DNA from: a virus
Taxonomy: Duplodnaviria; Heunggongvirae; Uroviricota; Caudoviricetes
IMG/VR virus record: IMGVR_UViG_3300033062_002687
Length of the DNA stretch: 64,000 nucleotides
Strand: one strand, 5' to 3'
Shown: in pieces, positions 48,501 to 58,411 of the stretch
How positions within the stretch are numbered: the stretch's first letter is position 1
Layout: every line of letters begins with the position of its first letter
Notes under the pieces: generated by a model
Database searches by the model: none
Seen by the model: the letters and a program-made list of their open reading frames with translations, nothing else
What the model was told of the DNA's origin: nothing
Position numbers and translations under genes: made by a program

Positions 48501-49398
48501 ACACCTTTATATCATCTATATCAGATGATGTTTTTTCTTCACCAACAATGAAATTATTTGAAAGAATTGTTGGAAAATTTCTTTGTCTTGCCCATGATAA
48601 GCTAAAAATTCCAAGATTTTCACTCATACTCGTGAAATCTGTTCCATCGTCTTTTATAATTTCAAATCCGACATTATTACTAACAGGATTTCTTGCATAA
48701 AAAACAGCTTCAAGATGTCCATCTGAATCCAAATCCTTGACTGCTGGTCGCTGAGTCAGATTATATGATACAATATAATCGTTTGAAGTTGAATGATCTG
48801 TACATGAAACATAAGTTGGAGACATCTGACAATAGACTATTCCAAACTGCATAACTGCAAAACATCCATAGGTTGTTCCACTTATCTGTGCACATGTAAT
48901 AAAATCACTCAATGGACTTGGTCTCATACCAACATAATTCGCAGATTCTTGCGTAATTGTTGAGCCATCAAAACAATATGTACTGATTTCTTCACTTCCA
49001 CCAACAACAACAATCCTTAAACGATTCACATTACTGGTAGGAACACTACATCCAGTAGAAAGAAGAGTTATTGTGCTATGTCTTCCTATATCTTTAAAAG
49101 CTTTAAGATTAAATGATGAATCAAAAATATATAAATTAGTTTCACTAACAGTTGCATATTCAACATTGCCATCATAATCTATATCACCCAAAGCAAAAGA
49201 ATCACTACTTCCAAACTGAATTTGTTTAGTAACAGAGATATTAGTAAAATCAACATCTCCACCAAAATATCCTGTGTAATGCTGCCAATTAAATGCAGGA
49301 TTATCTCCATATTGATACCAACTTTTAAGCTCTGAATATGCAACAACAGATGTCATGCAGACAAACAACATCATAATAAATATTAAAATTTTTTTCAT
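42532..49398 (-). CDS. Giant secreted, C-terminally anchored surface/virion protein
   Basis: Signal peptide; FG-GAP-like GD.D.DG motifs; 3x QC.DGIDND.DG.ID.P.DPGC; C-terminal TM. Confidence 0.88.
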   Translation of the reverse strand: MKKILIFIMMLFVCMTSVVAYSELKSWYQYGDNPAFNWQHYTGYFGGDVDFTNISVTKQIQFGSSDSFALGDIDYDGNVEYATVSETNLYIFDSSFNLKAFKDIGRHSTITLLSTGCSVPTSNVNRLRIVVVGGSEEISTYCFDGSTITQESANYVGMRPSPLSDFITCAQISGTTYGCFAVMQFGIVYCQMSPTYVSCTDHSTSNDYIVSYNLTQRPAVKDLDSDGHLEAVFYARNPVSNNVGFEIIKDDGTDFTSMSENLGIFSLSWARQRNFPTILSNNFIVGEEKTSSDIDDIKVFNSGGIFQYYAKHCENDAALCNNPADCTDGKRYISNIWERDSDGDNVNEQMCFYIYHSRGWHSTSGRKTDTITCQNIDTGAVEQQADIDQRCPTCGCWYKKDISSYISGSYEGGHDWSSYDFIGTELLNSKNGDEAITGAGYIIFSSNSSNLNMVGIPLNSTNSMFLGEWGGSQFPDIFFSSNLGTNFFETNRSSIIPPSPPLPPQLNETQNMSYSYTYPSANNYDWWNMWWSPTANMSRDYKPEVKQVYFGDMKVKAQINLSLNQSYIYSGVENVVTGDFNGDGQIEIAHTWNNHLYIRDTSFNVKASLDIGDNATLTVIPEPCSSNYKTLTILLLNNMNNHSQSYCYDGSLYLRDSVVSGLLKRQDGIGCEYDESNTPICFWRTAAGYASCDLTNGIFNCNQFNNTNVAGYSGDIIPSVGDIRGENDIEALFYNSNFAVVCVDELGNQDWVSQSTGNWRRPAPMITSTGDIFVSGCSGSGDLIFGSVTYYVFNADNGTIKNTLTGTYTPYSGHPEGAGTIAFGTCTNPVEMNNDICAAYKEAYFSRHLLCWDKYTYRVDSTMTDNTFQAPACDVPNWEYDISGGLQEYLLAVELDSSHPDKEILFTCMDHMGGGYYQINYAVSYVDETLPLNNTRSFYQVEASESLSRLWYYYYPYHVIPVRLGNTRNVLDLLFYDNSGLVYLEASGKPELSLLNLVPSANVSVPGTRVMFQTQGYDPGGDVMSICLDADWIPSHESFGGTIDDSQYLSCYHNLTNEFANFGIISSVQKGAHWKIYVTNSHYYKFNQTNTYEGNLIWHNGTTIEKIRYLIFDGVLTNLVTGVRISVENFTRGGEPRIWEITVNGGGKFNIPQGTWSVSVHDPLGRFDDISKMCDTTASDSIVTCLFNVTLIQPPPPQCSDGIDNDADGLIDYPADPGCSDPSDITEASQCNDGIDNDGDGKIDYPADPGCTSAIDDDETNPQCNDGIDNDADGFIDFPSDPGCSSLLDNSEGNIIGNVTGLHAANMGWIQCKSSIDCLGTVYDDCVAPFDEFNDGSSCVDPGHTEANCRNISGQIIYWDGWGWRKRNTVGKFVIMDEDGEYYYGVDLTTRKYFKTTDGITLTYFIGSQMVGDKGGCGDWFSPANGYMTGTPGKWIDCDEGICYAISGNYNNLSVVSNLNSGSTTWVTISHDIANAVLLRSVSYDGGDLFLVYTAGNPSSVQIKKYNFATSAWTSVYSKSGANYATIYGTFATAGSFWSLLTVRDMSLPRETMIVGDANYGSFIEKFTSGDEYHDQVSVAAIKGSYYYLSGYMDGIGIGIKKINLYGFWSGLSWSNITSQEDTYRTRMNMIMHDDIGIFAIEGTNLTRYTYFNAVQTENVYEYDFCTNISNPLVSGAVFFKDGSNFYPAFSYSLGQSLNVKKFKTGNNFQSSVDSFVSSVRTQSIFAVDVTKDDYSELVSPKAIIYLNPSSIVRLQNSSLDTAEAIPANLNNDDYLDILIIGSSGSGAYISRPPQSSLLVGPASITPTCTVSSNVIQVTATYTSPNLTGLIFKASLGDSATYQAINYKMSGMMLIFDPIVMISSGMTKVVIHMYDAQGTELASGTCSGTVLESSIPTASACSYVEDFFAGDDPRQHGWSYIGSTPTTGTGYFGMSTTSSSLTQASLVLDGLKCPTSDLFVEIGYELSADADVTFGVDAWAESFSTKIGQNYAIGYLRMQSGSMLDGSSGSTLSKVDLTEGDLGHNWNASKKYKVQMSFTAGDQKWMALRNSDMSNPDLDHLTWDAETDTIGISATPWVMTFLGKPDYTNVNNYNRVRINLKRGSIKIRFIKIYGLHYAETVSVVAEHAGVDLLRSCNINSWCTTYGEGFPPGTVSATGSPKFCTEKDLKQMARSIPVQYSGGCFNELLHYCVNYTYRMTFNTDVAGQEIDQNGKKVSGAFDFSKDEGVNQAAATYCAMILSFTETTGKVAGPFLTGVWSILWSNKLVLLVIFVIMVLCIPILKAIKKS
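45520..45810 (-). repeat. Three QCxDGIDNDxDGxIDxPxDPGC repeats
   Basis: Repeated ttatcaataccatc DNA strings. Confidence 0.85.
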
Positions 49399-49429
49399 TC
49401 AAATCACCCTTGATTGTATCTTTTTTTTA

Positions 49430-51100
49430 TCATTGTATTGAAGCCGTATCCCATGCATTATATATGTTAGGCACACCAGTTGCAGAATATCTGAGTTGTG
49501 CAAAGCTTACCGAATTTGAACATGATATTGATGGTGCTATGCAATAATCCACAGATTCATAAACATCTATGTCATTATCAGTGATGTAAGAAATTGGATT
49601 TTTTATTGCAGGATTCAGACATCCCTGCAGACTTGCATTAAGCATTATGTTTAGATTCATATCAGTTGCTGCATATGTGAAAAGAGGACTTCCGCTATTA
49701 TTTACAGCAATCTGCCATAATAAATAATCACGTTGGCTACTAACATCTTTTATTTTAGTTGGAGTATTGAAAAAATCTACATCATATCCTGGCAAATTAC
49801 CATTAATATTCACCGATTTAATGTCAAACGATCCTGTTTCATAAGCAATATAATTTTGACTGGTTTTTGTCATTATAAAACATCCGAATGCTTTTTCACA
49901 ATAAAAACCTGACTGATTCACATCACCTGTTAACGTAAAAGAATTAATGAAGGTTCCTGTATATTCATAAATCTGAATCGAAGATGTTGTGGAATTTCTC
50001 ACAGGAATCAAAAGATTCGCGTAATATACTCCCGGCTGGCCAACAATTGTTCCTCCAGGAATAGGTAAGTTCAATATTTTTGACCATCCATTAGCAAAAC
50101 GATAAATAGTCATAGATGTCGAATTAAACACAACAACCTCTTGTCGCCCATCCAGGTCAAAATCCTTAACTACAGGCTGCCATCCCTGCTGATAACTTCC
50201 ATTCAGCGGAAAATAATCCATTATATCCGATATTAAAGAACTTTGCGAATTAGCAACTAATACTGATGGATTAGAGATTGAATGAACATAAGGTGCAAAT
50301 CCAGTGCATCCTGTACACATACATGATTTATTATTGCTTCCGCTACTTGGTACATTACAATCTGAAGCTGCCCCGGTAGCTGCACAACACGAAGGATTAG
50401 CTGAATAATAAGATAAACTCATTTGATTATTTAAACAGGCTGTATATTGCGTAGTCCATTGCGGATCACAATAATCGCATGGCACAGTAAATGATGGAAT
50501 ATATTGACATGATGGATCTGCCTGAATAAAATATGTAGTCTGATATCCTCCTCCAACACTTGTACTATTTGGAGTACAATTACCAGATATTTTACTCGGA
50601 GAAGTACAACTGCATGCAGGATAAATTTCAATTCCATCGTATGGAGTAAAATCGATTATACAACCCGGGACATGATGATCTGTACCTGCTGGCGTTGAAT
50701 CTTTATTACTGCATAAAATAAGAGGAGAATAACCTACAATAGGTACACCTACCTTATAAGGAACAACAGTTATTCTATTGAACATATAATATAATGGATC
50801 ACCTATTTGAGGAGTTATATCCCATATCCAGCTTCCGACTGTCCTATTGCCTGTTGTAGGAGCTGTATGCATACTTATTTCATTATTAAGCCATATATTG
50901 ACATAACTTATTCCTTCACCCCACGGATCAGGAAAAATTATGCTGCAGTTTATTCTGGCAGTCTGCCTACAACTTGGTGCAGTATTATTCACTGAACATG
51001 CTACATGCATTTCAGCTGTCGCTATAGCAAAAACCTGGCTGCTAGAAACAATTAATAATGCAAATATTAGCGCTAATAATATCAATTTATTCATGTTCAA
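49430..51100 (-). CDS. Secreted Cys-rich protein with FG-GAP-like motif
   Basis: Signal peptide; DFDLDGRQE. Confidence 0.82.
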   Translation of the reverse strand: MNMNKLILLALIFALLIVSSSQVFAIATAEMHVACSVNNTAPSCRQTARINCSIIFPDPWGEGISYVNIWLNNEISMHTAPTTGNRTVGSWIWDITPQIGDPLYYMFNRITVVPYKVGVPIVGYSPLILCSNKDSTPAGTDHHVPGCIIDFTPYDGIEIYPACSCTSPSKISGNCTPNSTSVGGGYQTTYFIQADPSCQYIPSFTVPCDYCDPQWTTQYTACLNNQMSLSYYSANPSCCAATGAASDCNVPSSGSNNKSCMCTGCTGFAPYVHSISNPSVLVANSQSSLISDIMDYFPLNGSYQQGWQPVVKDFDLDGRQEVVVFNSTSMTIYRFANGWSKILNLPIPGGTIVGQPGVYYANLLIPVRNSTTSSIQIYEYTGTFINSFTLTGDVNQSGFYCEKAFGCFIMTKTSQNYIAYETGSFDIKSVNINGNLPGYDVDFFNTPTKIKDVSSQRDYLLWQIAVNNSGSPLFTYAATDMNLNIMLNASLQGCLNPAIKNPISYITDNDIDVYESVDYCIAPSISCSNSVSFAQLRYSATGVPNIYNAWDTASIQ

Positions 51101-51139
51101 TCACCTGTATATCCTCTGTGTTTAAATAATTTTCCATTT

Positions 51140-52348
51140 TTAGCATGGAGGGTAATCATAGGTTGCCCTCCCCTCGTAATAGCATGCTGTTGAATAATCG
51201 AAATCATCTGTGGTGATCATCTGCTCATAATAAAAAAATCCATTACTTTCCATATCATTTGTGCAATGCGGCCAATCATAGATTCCTAAACAATGATCTG
51301 AACCAACCCAATCCATTGACGCTGTAATATTCACTCCTGAGTTATCTGTCGTAATATTGCATCTTATACCATTATCGTATCTGCCCCAATATCCATACTC
51401 ATCCTCTACATAAGTTTTAACTGACCATCTACTATGCTTATATGGAAATGTAGCTGCATTAACTATTGTAAGTCCATAAGTTATAGGAGCCTTGACTGAC
51501 CTGGCGACATTCTGAATTATTCCTGCAAGATATGAATCATTCCTATCAACAGAACGATTTGCAACACATATACTATATCCTACACTTCCTGAGATATTCA
51601 GGTTGTTGATCAGAGTATTAGTTGTATTAAATTCCTGAAGAATAGTCGTGTTGATATTATCAAGTTTCGAAAAAGTAATATTGAAATCCTGATCAAATTG
51701 AGCTGCATAAGCAAGAAGTTGATTTGTCATATTCAACAATTGCTCAATCCCTGAAATTGTAATGTTGAAACTAGTGTTAGTCAAGTTCATAAGCTGTGAG
51801 AGCTTATCGCAGATTGAAGTACCATCAGGACATATTAAGGTTACATTCATACTGAGGTTGTTGAGCTGAGCCTTTATGTCCTGAGTCGTATTATCAATCA
51901 CAGCAAGCCTGTTAACCCATATCGGATTCTGCCATTCTCCGTAAGATATTGCCTGTTGTCCATCCAGACTACAGACAAATTCTGTCAGATATGTACCCTG
52001 GATTGCTTCCATAACTCCAGTCCAATACCAATAACCTGTCTCAAAGTGGGTCATATTGGTTGTGTTGATGAATAAGATGCCGTTAGGATAAAATACCCTG
52101 AGATTGACATCAGTATCAATTGGCTGATCATCCCCTGTTAGACAAGTACCGAATACGGTAATCATGTCTCCTGTTTCATAAATTGAACCTGTAAGCTTTG
52201 AAACGAGCTTTGTCTCTTTTGTAACTGTGCTGCTCTTGAAGAACTCATTTATTGCAATCCTGTTTCCATTCTCGTCCATTACAGCTCCTATTCCACAACC
52301 TGAGATAAACAACATTGCAATTATCGCTAAGATTATTTCGAGCTTCAT
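51140..52348 (-). CDS. Lipoprotein-like fibre protein
   Basis: ISGC lipobox-like motif; domain shared with 29239-31743. Confidence 0.8.
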   Translation of the reverse strand: MKLEIILAIIAMLFISGCGIGAVMDENGNRIAINEFFKSSTVTKETKLVSKLTGSIYETGDMITVFGTCLTGDDQPIDTDVNLRVFYPNGILFINTTNMTHFETGYWYWTGVMEAIQGTYLTEFVCSLDGQQAISYGEWQNPIWVNRLAVIDNTTQDIKAQLNNLSMNVTLICPDGTSICDKLSQLMNLTNTSFNITISGIEQLLNMTNQLLAYAAQFDQDFNITFSKLDNINTTILQEFNTTNTLINNLNISGSVGYSICVANRSVDRNDSYLAGIIQNVARSVKAPITYGLTIVNAATFPYKHSRWSVKTYVEDEYGYWGRYDNGIRCNITTDNSGVNITASMDWVGSDHCLGIYDWPHCTNDMESNGFFYYEQMITTDDFDYSTACYYEGRATYDYPPC

Positions 52349-55300
52349 TTTGCTATCATCGCCTTTAACCCTTTGTTAACGTGAAAGGTATGAGAAGCAT
52401 AATATGTCTGTCCACCTTCTGTAACTTGAGCTGATGCTGTATAAACTCCAAGAACCGAAGGAATTGTAAAGTTATAATAATAAATTCCGTCTTCCTTGAA
52501 AATCATCGGAGTCGATGCAAGATAAGTCGACATGTCAGGATAAAATACCTTTACTGTAACTGATTTATTATTCAGAGGATTCATCCCCTTGAAAAATTGA
52601 ATGACAAGCAAACCATCATTTCCTGAATAATATTCTGTACCTCCTGAAAAATAAAATCTTGTCAAAAGATTCTCAACTGCTGACGAATTTGGATTAAGAC
52701 TTACTGTAAGGTTATTTATCTGATTTTTTATTACAGATGTGTCATTCAATATAACATTCTGATTATTTTTTATGTTGTATGTCTGAATCAAATCGTGATG
52801 CTCTCTCAGTTTTGGATAATACCATTGAGCTTCCGAAAGAAAGGATTCATATTCTCCAGTAACCGTTACACTTTGTGATTCATCATAGAAATAATAGAAC
52901 CAATACAAGTCATCCAATGCCCTGTCGCAACCCGTCAGGATTGTTTCCTGAGTTGGAAAGGTAGCTAAAGGGATGGTGTAAGTGTGATTGAATGAAATTC
53001 CAAGAGGGATGCAGTAATTATAGATGGTTAGATTGTATAAGGCAACAAGATTCTTGTAATATTCAATTTCCCATTTCAGGTAGTTGTCAAACTTCAGCTC
53101 GTAAACAACAGAAGGTTCAGAACTTGTGAAATAAATAGGAAGGGATAAAATGCAGTTATCTTTCAGACCAGACCTGAAAGTTGTCTGGTTATAAACATCA
53201 GTTATAGTTCCGTTTGAATTCCTTAAAATAGAAAGAACTCCTGTGCAGTCAAGACCGAGAGCTGTTTCATATTCGTAAACTGCATTAGTGTCAATCCCAT
53301 AATCATTTGTGATGGTGATATTATCCAAAATCATTCCCTGAGGTTCACCTAAGTCAGATTCATTTGTGAAAATTGCACATTCTGGGTTGATATCACCGCA
53401 TAAAGTCTCAATACAATACAATCTTCCTGTTGGTGAGCTGACGTGTATCTCTGAAGAACCTTTTATTTCAGATATGATTCCAGTTCCAAGAGTGACAAAT
53501 TTTATCAGCACTTGGTCATTCTGGATGTTGTCTTTTATCACGTCTGCCATTGCTGTATCGTTGAATTTTAAAATGATAATCCCGTTCTGAATCAAACCCA
53601 TAGCAGTCAGGTTATAATTTGGGATTGTGATTGAATTTGACAATGTGTATCGTGTTGTTCCATGCTGTTCAATCAGAGAAGGCAATGCCAACCATGACGA
53701 AGAAGAATAGTTCCAGACACGAATAGTTACATCATCTCCTGCATTGCCATTCCATCTTCCGCTCCATTCAACAATCATCTGGGATGTAAAATTCGGAACA
53801 ATAACATTTGCAAATGTCATGTTAAAATTCAGTCTATAAATAGTTCCGATTGTTCCATTTGTCAAATTAAGTGATTCATCGATTCTCCATTCTACATTAT
53901 CATATAGCCACGTTGCTGTATAATTCTGAACTAAATACTGAGTTCCGATAGTTATCTGACCATTTGTTGCATTAAAACTAACCATTCCTGTCTGATAAGC
54001 ACAAGTAGCAGCTACTGGATAAACTCCGACAATACTAGGAATTATCAAATCATAATAATAGATTCCCTGAGAAAGATAATTCATTAGTTGAGCAGTATAT
54101 AAATAAGTTCCGTCTGGTTTATGAATATCAACAAAACAGGTTGCATTTGAGACATATTCATTCCCTGAAGTCAAGAGTTGTAACCATGTTTTTCCAATAT
54201 CTCCAATAGTGTATTCTGTTCCTTGAATCAACATTTTAGGCGATTCGAGAGTTTTCGCGGCATCAAGCTTTTCATTTAGAATAATTGTATCATTCCTTAT
54301 ATTATTCACTGCCATCTCAATTCCAAGAAGCTTTTCCCATATATCAAAAGTCACAAAATCCCAGATATCATTCAAAAAAGCCATGACAGATGAATCACCA
54401 TCTTCTGTCAAAAAAGATAATGTGCTTATTTGATAAATATTTCCATCATTACCTCCAACATAAACATAATTTTTGGCAATAGCAGGTGATGAAAAAGAAG
54501 CTCCTATTGAAAATTTTGTGATCAAATCGCTAATATTGGCAGAATCCAATTTATATAAAATATCATCCTCGCTTGCAATATAAACATATCCATCAGAAAC
54601 AGCTGGTGATGATCCTATCATACCTCCGGTTACAAAAATAGATATGAGCTGACTAACATTATTTGCATTTAGCTGATAAACATTATTATCATGGCTGCCA
54701 AAATAAACATAGCCGTTGGCAATGGCAGGAGATGACTGGATAGCCTCTGCGTTTCCAGTAGAATATATTGATACGAGCTTGCTGATATTTGTGGCATTCA
54801 GCTGATAAAGATTTCCATCTCCGCCACCAAAATACAAATAACCATCAGCAACAGCAGGAGATGATGTCACTGCCCCCATATCAGGAAAAACAGCTATTAA
54901 TTTGCTAATATCTGTAGCATTCAACTGATAAACCTGGCTCCAGGCAGTGATATAAACATAGCCATTGGCAAAAGCTGGAGAAGAATCAATATAATCATAT
55001 GTTGGATAAACCGCTACAAGCTTGCTGATATTGGTTGCATTCAGCTGATAAACATCGCCATTGAAATAATCCGAGATATAGACATATCCATTAACAATGG
55101 CAGGAGATGAAAGTGTAGCACCAATAAAATAGGTTGAAATCAATTTGCTGACATCGGTTGAGTTCAACTGATAAAGATAACCATCCTGATTCGCAATATA
55201 AACATAACCATTGGCAATGGCAGGTGAGGAATCAATTGCGGAAGATGTTGCAAATTTCGATATAAACTGATTGATGTTTGTTGCATTCAGCTGATAAACA

Positions 55301-55575
55301 TAGCTATCATAGCTTCCGACATACACATAGCCATTGGCTATTGAAGGAGAGGAATATACTAAATTATTTGTATGATAGGCCGCTGTAAGCAGTTCATCAA
55401 CCACAGGAAAATCAATACCATCCCAACGAGAATGATTCAGATATCTCCCAAACATAAACCATTCATTCAAACCACCTTCAGAATCCTGTGCAGACACATA
55501 TATAGACCCGATAACTAGGAAAATCAGTATACTAAATAAAATATTTATTAATTTCTTCATATTTTTCATTTTCAT
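52345..55575 (-). CDS. Secreted PQQ-type beta-propeller repeat protein
   Basis: 8x SSPAIANGYVY..YQLNA repeats; start placed at MKMKNMKK. Confidence 0.85.
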   Translation of the reverse strand: MKMKNMKKLINILFSILIFLVIGSIYVSAQDSEGGLNEWFMFGRYLNHSRWDGIDFPVVDELLTAAYHTNNLVYSSPSIANGYVYVGSYDSYVYQLNATNINQFISKFATSSAIDSSPAIANGYVYIANQDGYLYQLNSTDVSKLISTYFIGATLSSPAIVNGYVYISDYFNGDVYQLNATNISKLVAVYPTYDYIDSSPAFANGYVYITAWSQVYQLNATDISKLIAVFPDMGAVTSSPAVADGYLYFGGGDGNLYQLNATNISKLVSIYSTGNAEAIQSSPAIANGYVYFGSHDNNVYQLNANNVSQLISIFVTGGMIGSSPAVSDGYVYIASEDDILYKLDSANISDLITKFSIGASFSSPAIAKNYVYVGGNDGNIYQISTLSFLTEDGDSSVMAFLNDIWDFVTFDIWEKLLGIEMAVNNIRNDTIILNEKLDAAKTLESPKMLIQGTEYTIGDIGKTWLQLLTSGNEYVSNATCFVDIHKPDGTYLYTAQLMNYLSQGIYYYDLIIPSIVGVYPVAATCAYQTGMVSFNATNGQITIGTQYLVQNYTATWLYDNVEWRIDESLNLTNGTIGTIYRLNFNMTFANVIVPNFTSQMIVEWSGRWNGNAGDDVTIRVWNYSSSSWLALPSLIEQHGTTRYTLSNSITIPNYNLTAMGLIQNGIIILKFNDTAMADVIKDNIQNDQVLIKFVTLGTGIISEIKGSSEIHVSSPTGRLYCIETLCGDINPECAIFTNESDLGEPQGMILDNITITNDYGIDTNAVYEYETALGLDCTGVLSILRNSNGTITDVYNQTTFRSGLKDNCILSLPIYFTSSEPSVVYELKFDNYLKWEIEYYKNLVALYNLTIYNYCIPLGISFNHTYTIPLATFPTQETILTGCDRALDDLYWFYYFYDESQSVTVTGEYESFLSEAQWYYPKLREHHDLIQTYNIKNNQNVILNDTSVIKNQINNLTVSLNPNSSAVENLLTRFYFSGGTEYYSGNDGLLVIQFFKGMNPLNNKSVTVKVFYPDMSTYLASTPMIFKEDGIYYYNFTIPSVLGVYTASAQVTEGGQTYYASHTFHVNKGLKAMIAK

Positions 55576-56555
55576 GTAAACAATTTTTTTAATGTAAAAT
55601 ACAATATCGCTGTTGCAAAGATTCCGCCAATTATAATTATTGCAAGCATACTTGCATTTTGCACAACCCAAACTCCCCTCGAAGGAGCTGATCCAAACGC
55701 CTCCTTATATTGAGGAGTTATAAGCTCTTCATAAATAAGCTCTGTTGAATTAGAATTGCATTTGATCACTTTAATGAATGTGTTGTATCCAACAAGATCA
55801 GCATCCCTATAATAAACATTTCCGACACTGTTTTCTATCTTGAAATAGCCAAGGATCTCTGGCAGATTCTCATCGCTTGAAGATGAAGATCCAAATAAGC
55901 CTCCCCCTGCTTTCTTTTTTTCAGGATTTGTCTGAATCAACCTTTTTTCATTTGTATCAAAGATCATGACTATGCATTTGAATTCTTGATTTAAATATAC
56001 TGAACCAAGATCAACTGCATCATAGACTCTTCCATGCAAATACGCCTCTGTATCTGAATAAACAGAAAAATCCTGCCTTCCTGTAACTGAATAATTTGAA
56101 AAACCCGATACTGTAAATCGAAGCTGGCCTATATTACGAGTATATGTAACAGATGTGCAATTTGAAGAACAATCCACCCCATCCTTCTTTAATGTAGGCT
56201 GATAAGCATAAGTGAGATTTTTAAGGGTAATTATAGCCTGCTCATCCAGATCAGGCCTTCCGATGCTATTTACATATGCCCACCCTCTTCCTATTTTAAC
56301 CTCACTAGCTAACACCTGCCCTAAAAGAGTCAGATTTAGATCTGTACCAGTCCAATCTATTCTGCCATAATTTGAACAGTTTTCTTCTATTACCAGATCA
56401 GGAACATAGCCATCACTTGCAGCAATTGTGACAGGATCATAGCAGTCTCCTAGATCAAAGCTTGGAGCTGCCGCTAATGCCCCTTTCATTGTAAATGCAA
56501 ACGCCAATATCAAAATTATTACTTGAGTCAACTTAGACATTTTTTTCTTTCTCAT
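55572..56555 (-). CDS. Secreted, C-terminally anchored protein
   Basis: Signal peptide, C-terminal TM; FTVSGFS.Y domain shared with the next gene. Confidence 0.8.
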   Translation of the reverse strand: MRKKKMSKLTQVIILILAFAFTMKGALAAAPSFDLGDCYDPVTIAASDGYVPDLVIEENCSNYGRIDWTGTDLNLTLLGQVLASEVKIGRGWAYVNSIGRPDLDEQAIITLKNLTYAYQPTLKKDGVDCSSNCTSVTYTRNIGQLRFTVSGFSNYSVTGRQDFSVYSDTEAYLHGRVYDAVDLGSVYLNQEFKCIVMIFDTNEKRLIQTNPEKKKAGGGLFGSSSSSDENLPEILGYFKIENSVGNVYYRDADLVGYNTFIKVIKCNSNSTELIYEELITPQYKEAFGSAPSRGVWVVQNASMLAIIIIGGIFATAILYFTLKKLFT

Positions 56556-57727
56556 GATGACACCCCTGTTTGTTCAGACCCTAATTTATTGTTAACATAC
56601 ATGTATAATGTTATAACAGACATAAGAAGCGTGATAAAACCCCAGGCCATGGTTGAAATTAACTGCCTTGCACCATCTTTAAGCTCAGAATCTGCAGCAG
56701 ACTCTGGATTATTTGCAGCTGCCAGTGCATTAGCCTGCTGCTGTTTTAACAACTCCTGAGCAGATGCTGGTGTATTTGTATCTGAAGGATTTGAAACAGG
56801 AGAAGTTGATGGTGAGCTAGTATCCCCGGGATTTGTTCCAGGCACTTCTCCTGTTACTGGTGTTTGACTTACGGTTGAAGACGTTGCTGAACTTGTAGTG
56901 ACAACATCTTTTGAAATTGTTGTATATGTTGAAAAATTAGCGACTGTAAAGACCAGAACACCATCATAATATGAATCAATTATACAGCCCATCGATTGGG
57001 TGCAATTTTGGCCATTCTTCAAAATCTGAGGCGTATTTGAATAATTTAATCCCTTAAAGGTAATTCTTGCATGCTTGTTCAAAGCAGGATAAGCATCTGT
57101 ATTTATCCTGACATAGTTAAAGGAGATATTCACATAATCTTCCCTGAACGAATAAGAATACAGGTCAACTTCCTCTAAAAATTCAACTTTTGTCGTATCA
57201 TTCTTATCGAACAACACAAGATCAGTTATATGCCTTGGATTTTCATCATACGTCATTAATGAGAAAGCGCCATAATCAAGAGGAATTCCAATACCGCTCC
57301 AGAGGCAGCTTACGCATTCCCCGACATTCACATACATCACATGATCTGTTTCCGATATAATCCTTATCATACCAGTTGAAGATCCCAAAACACTATATCC
57401 ATATTTGACCGGAAATTCTGCGTTGAAATTAGGTGCCCTGAAGGTCACTGAAACCTCCTGATTAGTTTTTGCAGGAAGATAATAGGCCTGCTGAAATGAT
57501 TGAGCTCCATTTATCCTGAATGGCATTATTGTCGATATCTTAAATATAACATCGCGAGAAACATCATCATTGTTCTGGATAATGAATCTGAAGCTTTTCT
57601 CCTGATTTTTCTGCATGATAAGCTTTCCGTTCTTGAAATCAGCGACAGAATGAGCAACACCAACTGCGCTAACAGCGTCTATCATGATTAAGAATAACAG
57701 TGCGCTTATTAATGATTTAGCCTGCAT
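56552..57727 (-). CDS. Secreted, C-terminally anchored protein with S/T/P linker
   Basis: Signal peptide; FTVANFSTY; C-terminal TM. Confidence 0.8.
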   Translation of the reverse strand: MQAKSLISALLFLIMIDAVSAVGVAHSVADFKNGKLIMQKNQEKSFRFIIQNNDDVSRDVIFKISTIMPFRINGAQSFQQAYYLPAKTNQEVSVTFRAPNFNAEFPVKYGYSVLGSSTGMIRIISETDHVMYVNVGECVSCLWSGIGIPLDYGAFSLMTYDENPRHITDLVLFDKNDTTKVEFLEEVDLYSYSFREDYVNISFNYVRINTDAYPALNKHARITFKGLNYSNTPQILKNGQNCTQSMGCIIDSYYDGVLVFTVANFSTYTTISKDVVTTSSATSSTVSQTPVTGEVPGTNPGDTSSPSTSPVSNPSDTNTPASAQELLKQQQANALAAANNPESAADSELKDGARQLISTMAWGFITLLMSVITLYMYVNNKLGSEQTGVSS

Positions 57728-57859
57728 CTTGACTCCATAATACCTTCATAGTTTATAAATATTACTATTTCTTAGAAAGAGTGAGCTGTCTTCCTCAGGT
57801 TACAAAATAAAAATAATTTTATTGAAAACAAAAAAATTTTTGTTCTGTTCTATCTGACC

Positions 57860-58081
57860 TTATTTGAATAGGTTGCCGAGCTTTATAAAAATCCCAATTA
57901 TAAAACCAAGAACAACTAACAAAACTATAAGATCAAGCCATTCGACAACTGCGGCTCCGGTAGTGCCAAGCCCATCCACAACAACATCCTTGAAGTCATT
58001 TTTGCTATATGCATTATTAACTATGCAGACATGTGTTGTTTGGTTCATTGTTCCGCCAACGCCGCAATATCCATATGCCAT
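57860..58081 (-). CDS. Small coat/pilin-like protein, copy 3 (73 aa, with Cys loop)
   Basis: DFK..VVDG.G..GAA.VEWLDLIVLL.VLGFIIGIF.KLGNLFK; GGAGG RBS. Confidence 0.8.
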   Translation of the reverse strand: MAYGYCGVGGTMNQTTHVCIVNNAYSKNDFKDVVVDGLGTTGAAVVEWLDLIVLLVVLGFIIGIFIKLGNLFK

Positions 58082-58173
58082 TGATTTTCCTCCCTGTTTA
58101 AAATATATTGAGAGAATAAAAATTCTCTCGAAAAATAAATAAAAAAAATTTTCTTCCTTATTTCAGCACAAGC

Positions 58174-58341
58174 TTACTTAAAGAGATTGCCTAGCTTTAC
58201 GAAGATTCCGATTATAAAGCCAAGGACGATTAGCAGGACTATCAGGTCAAGCCATTCGACGATTGCCGCCCCGACCGTTCCCATTCCGTCCACAACGATC
58301 AGCTTAAAATCGCTCTTATCGTAACTTTTTGCATATGCCAT
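58174..58341 (-). CDS. Small coat/pilin-like protein, copy 2 (55 aa)
   Basis: Hand-translated MAYAKSYDKSDFKLIVVDGMGTVGAAIVEWLDLIVLLIVLGFIIGIFVKLGNLFK; AAGGAGG RBS. Confidence 0.85.
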   Translation of the reverse strand: MAYAKSYDKSDFKLIVVDGMGTVGAAIVEWLDLIVLLIVLGFIIGIFVKLGNLFK

Positions 58342-58411
58342 TTGTTTTTTCCTCCTTGATGTTTTTTAACTATGAGCCCTATAAAGAGCAAAAAAATATT
58401 TTTTATCTGTC

